DNA of 64,000 nt from Candidatus Thorarchaeota archaeon (GTDB taxonomy: Archaea; Asgardarchaeota; Thorarchaeia; Thorarchaeales; Thorarchaeaceae): assembly GCA_046482545.1 (NCBI GenBank), contig JAWOEX010000028.1, forward strand, positions 128,001 through 192,000. The letters run 5' to 3'. Position 1 is the first letter of the stretch. Every line of letters begins with the position of its first letter. Positions 60,596 to 64,000 of the stretch are shown in pieces. Under the pieces are notes generated by a model, which ran no database searches, was not told the DNA's origin, and saw only the letters and a program-made list of their open reading frames with translations. The position numbers and the translations under genes were made by a program.

Positions 60596-63500
60596 AGAGA
60601 AATGCAATATCTATTCTTATGTTGACAATTCTAGTAATGCAACCGCTTCTGGTAATGGGCATTGGATTGCCAGGTTCTGAATCAGTGACTCAAACCGAGA
60701 AGCCTTTTGCGATGGCACAGGAGCCCGGCTCGCGATTAGAACCTGGTGAGTATACACCGCATGTACCCATTGCAATCGATGAAACATCGGACTTTGAAAC
60801 ACAGGGATGGCCAGGTTCAGGAACCCCTGGAGATCCGTATGTGATTTCCGAACTGAACATAACCTATGATGTGAATGAATTCTTGATAAGCATCGTAAAC
60901 ACAAATGCGTCGTTTGTGATACGGGACTGCTATCTTGACCAGGGTTCGTTAGAGTGGGCGATTAGATTTGCTAACACAACAGCGGCCACGATTGAGTATA
61001 CAACCATCGATTCAGCTCAGGGCGGCGTCTATCTGGAAAACAGCAACAACACGCATATCCTGCACGCCGATATGAAATCTCATACAAGCAACTCTGATGT
61101 AGCATATACGTTACTTCTAGAACAGTCGATAGGATGCTCTCTCGAGAACAACAGACTAGAAAGCGAGTATCGAGTAGTATTCGGAGTTGAAAGTAACAAT
61201 CTGACCTTGACACAGAACACACTCTATGGGAAATCTGGTTGGCACATTATCGTGCTCTCCTCCTGCAATTACACGACTAGTTCATCAGACACACTCTATG
61301 GTGGGTACAAACTAACTACCGCTCGGTGCCACCACCTAAGTTTCGATAACTTGCACATAGATGCCAGAGGGGGACTAAGTGTATTCAATGGAACTGATGT
61401 GCAAGTAGAGAGTACAACAATCAGCTGTGAAATTGACCGTGCATTTCTGCTACAGCTAGTAGATGGAGCTTCTGTTAAGAGCAGCATCTTCAGTTCTGAA
61501 GATTCCTCAGGTATTGATGTGATCACTAGTAGTAATGTTGACATTGAAGGATGCAATGTACATGATGTTGCAGGTCTTGGTATGTACTTCTCCAGCGCAT
61601 CAAACCTTTCGGTATCCACGTCCTCAGTATCTGACTCTGACGGGGAGGGCGTCTATGCCCTCAATTGTCCCAGTATGACATTCATTAACAACTACATTAC
61701 TAATACGGGAGATAACGGCTTTCATTCGGAAGGAGCCGAAAATCTCACTTTGACAGATAACAATGTTGAGCATGCGGATGGTTACGGTTTCTATCACGAT
61801 GACGGAGAGAACTTGATACTCCATCGGGACACGGTGAGCCATGCAACCGACGACGGGATTCGTGTTGATGTTGCTGATGACGCATCAATCATGGACAATG
61901 AAGTAACCTATTCCGAAGGAACTGGATTGTCCGTTAGTTCTAGCGATAGAGCTCTTATTCAAGGCAATGTTATTGATGATTGTGAGGGAGGCTTATCAGT
62001 TGATTCTTCAACCAACGTCACAATCTATGATAACCATGTATCAGATGTCACCCAAATAGGAATCGATTTGTACGACATGAAGACATCGGTCATAAGCGGT
62101 AATTCAGTAGATGCAAATGCAAGAGAAGGAATGACCTTGGATCTACTTGACGACTGCAACATCACAGATAACGCCTTAGAAGGCTGCGGATTCTATTGGG
62201 AACCAGATTTGGCAATTGGATACTATGAGCATCTCTTTGAAAACAATACTGTAAACGGCAATGATGTCTACTATGGTCTGCATGAGGAGGGTCAGGATAT
62301 AATTGCTGATGATTGGCCGCAAGTCTTTTTGATCAATTGCACCAACATGGATATTCACGACGGAACCTTCAACCAAATTACGGTTCCGGTGGAGCTTATT
62401 CACAGCGACAATTGCGAGATTTGGAACCTTGTTTCAACAGGCAATGAATATGGATTGCTCATATACCAAAGCGAGAATACGTCAGTTTATGATGTTGACA
62501 TAACAGGGCTTCCGTATGGCCATGGAATCATTGCATACTATGCTGATGGGTTCCAGCTTGTCAATTCATCCATTGAGAATTACAGAGCTATGGAAGGCCA
62601 TGGCTTGTTTCTTGGTTTCTCTGATCATACAGAAGTAGATGGATGCAAATTTGATTCTAACTACGTTAATCTGGGCATCAAGTCTGTGTTTGATATGACA
62701 ATATCAAACAATGAAATACTGAACGCAGCTGATGATGGTATTCGGACTGAGGCCCGATTCATGTTTGAACCAATATCAGAATATATTCGCATTGTAAACA
62801 ACACAATTCTCAATGCCACATATGGAATCTACATGGATCAGGCAAATAACATCACTATACTGGAAAACACGATAAGATACTGCAGTCTGACCGGTGTATA
62901 TTATGGTAGTTCTGAAATCAATGCTTTGAATGTCACTTCGAACACTATAGAGAATAATCGAGATGGAATCTGGATAACCAATGATGCAGGCTCCTTGGTC
63001 AATAATAACACTATTCGCTGGAATTATCGCTATGGAATCTATGTTGATACACCGGCGATTCCCGACATATACTATAACATCATCGCTCTCAATCACGAGG
63101 CCAACGGCGAAGACGAAAACGCAGGAACATTTTGGGATGATGGCGTCGATACCGGGAACTGGTGGGACGACTACAATCCTCCGGGAGCCTACGATGTGGA
63201 TGGTGATACCCAAGATAGGTATCCAATGCAGTACCTGCCCACTGAGCCAATCATAGACCAACCTGCCGACATCTACTACGCAGAAGGTTCGACAGGCAAC
63301 GAGATTATGTGGTATGCTCATGATGACTATCTAAGTGACTGGTCGGTCACTATTGATGGCGACACATGGGATTCCAACGCATATAATTATGACAACATCA
63401 CCGTAAACGTGGATGGCCTTGAGTATGGCACGCATACGGCTGTCCTTACTGTGTGGGATACTGAAGACAATTCAGCAAGCGACACGGTGCTTATTCATGT

Positions 63501-64000
63501 CTACGATGGAACCAAACCGACAATCAGCAACACCCCCAACACGGAGGCTTTTGTCGATGGTTCAGAGCAAACACTCTCGTGGAAGGTATCAGATCTTCAT
63601 CCGGACACCTACACTGCATATCTTGACGACGAGGAATGGGATTCGGGTTCATGGTCCACTGGGACGCTTGAAATCAACATCGATGGCATGTCAGAAGGAG
63701 AACATACACTGAAGACCGTAATCAGAGATATTGATGGAAACCGCGCATCAGATACTGTCATCGTCCTTGTGATTGATGATGATGCATCCCCGACAATAGA
63801 CAGTCCAGCAGACATGGCCTTCATAGAAGGTACGACAAACAATCGAGTCGTCTGGAATCCAACCGATGAGTATCCCGATCGATTTGAGGTAATCAGCAAC
63901 GATTCAGTCCTAGTGGAGGGTTCTTGGGGAGGCTCCAGAATAGTTGTCACTGTAGATAACTTGGAAGTCGGAACACATTCGCTCACTCTGACAGTCTATG
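60592..64000 (+). CDS. Second paralogous beta-helix surface protein (runs off the window end)
   Basis: ATG overlaps the upstream TGA (ATGA); MKRNAISILMLTILVMQP...GWPGSGTPGDPYVI; frame still in register at 63901; same architecture as 57005-60595. Confidence 0.88.
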   Translation, partial: MKRNAISILMLTILVMQPLLVMGIGLPGSESVTQTEKPFAMAQEPGSRLEPGEYTPHVPIAIDETSDFETQGWPGSGTPGDPYVISELNITYDVNEFLISIVNTNASFVIRDCYLDQGSLEWAIRFANTTAATIEYTTIDSAQGGVYLENSNNTHILHADMKSHTSNSDVAYTLLLEQSIGCSLENNRLESEYRVVFGVESNNLTLTQNTLYGKSGWHIIVLSSCNYTTSSSDTLYGGYKLTTARCHHLSFDNLHIDARGGLSVFNGTDVQVESTTISCEIDRAFLLQLVDGASVKSSIFSSEDSSGIDVITSSNVDIEGCNVHDVAGLGMYFSSASNLSVSTSSVSDSDGEGVYALNCPSMTFINNYITNTGDNGFHSEGAENLTLTDNNVEHADGYGFYHDDGENLILHRDTVSHATDDGIRVDVADDASIMDNEVTYSEGTGLSVSSSDRALIQGNVIDDCEGGLSVDSSTNVTIYDNHVSDVTQIGIDLYDMKTSVISGNSVDANAREGMTLDLLDDCNITDNALEGCGFYWEPDLAIGYYEHLFENNTVNGNDVYYGLHEEGQDIIADDWPQVFLINCTNMDIHDGTFNQITVPVELIHSDNCEIWNLVSTGNEYGLLIYQSENTSVYDVDITGLPYGHGIIAYYADGFQLVNSSIENYRAMEGHGLFLGFSDHTEVDGCKFDSNYVNLGIKSVFDMTISNNEILNAADDGIRTEARFMFEPISEYIRIVNNTILNATYGIYMDQANNITILENTIRYCSLTGVYYGSSEINALNVTSNTIENNRDGIWITNDAGSLVNNNTIRWNYRYGIYVDTPAIPDIYYNIIALNHEANGEDENAGTFWDDGVDTGNWWDDYNPPGAYDVDGDTQDRYPMQYLPTEPIIDQPADIYYAEGSTGNEIMWYAHDDYLSDWSVTIDGDTWDSNAYNYDNITVNVDGLEYGTHTAVLTVWDTEDNSASDTVLIHVYDGTKPTISNTPNTEAFVDGSEQTLSWKVSDLHPDTYTAYLDDEEWDSGSWSTGTLEINIDGMSEGEHTLKTVIRDIDGNRASDTVIVLVIDDDASPTIDSPADMAFIEGTTNNRVVWNPTDEYPDRFEVISNDSVLVEGSWGGSRIVVTVDNLEVGTHSLTLTVY

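Overview
Archaeal chromosomal DNA, most likely from an Asgard archaeon (Thorarchaeia-like; this is an inference from the gene content: longin-like and small-GTPase-like modules, a tubulin-like protein, type 2 IPP isomerase, ADP-forming acyl-CoA synthetase, C-terminally anchored surface proteins, TATA-like promoters). The window is mostly dense housekeeping and accessory metabolism. I saw no rRNA, tRNA, CRISPR array or transposase. Three items stand out. (1) A two-gene operon (15472-19614) encodes a 912-aa all-helical rod-like protein and a divergent tubulin-superfamily GTPase whose C-terminus aligns by eye with the eukaryotic tubulin H11-H12 hairpin; this is a candidate undescribed cytoskeletal system. 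(2) A GC-rich non-coding region of about 450-500 nt (about 12375-12875) folds on the minus strand into a multi-domain RNA with UNCG/GNRA loops, a K-loop-like motif and four ACAGAAG repeats, and matches no RNA family I recognise. (3) A 7-TM protein fused to a longin-like domain is encoded next to a P-loop-less small-GTPase-like protein (54160-55686). Smaller items include a bacterial-type NAD-dependent ligase paired with a stand-alone LigD phosphoesterase, a structured leader and a 43-bp identical patch in tandem beta-helix surface-protein genes, a PadR-type operator, and several frameshifted or pseudogenised ORFs. All protein calls come from motif recognition by eye; no database search was run.
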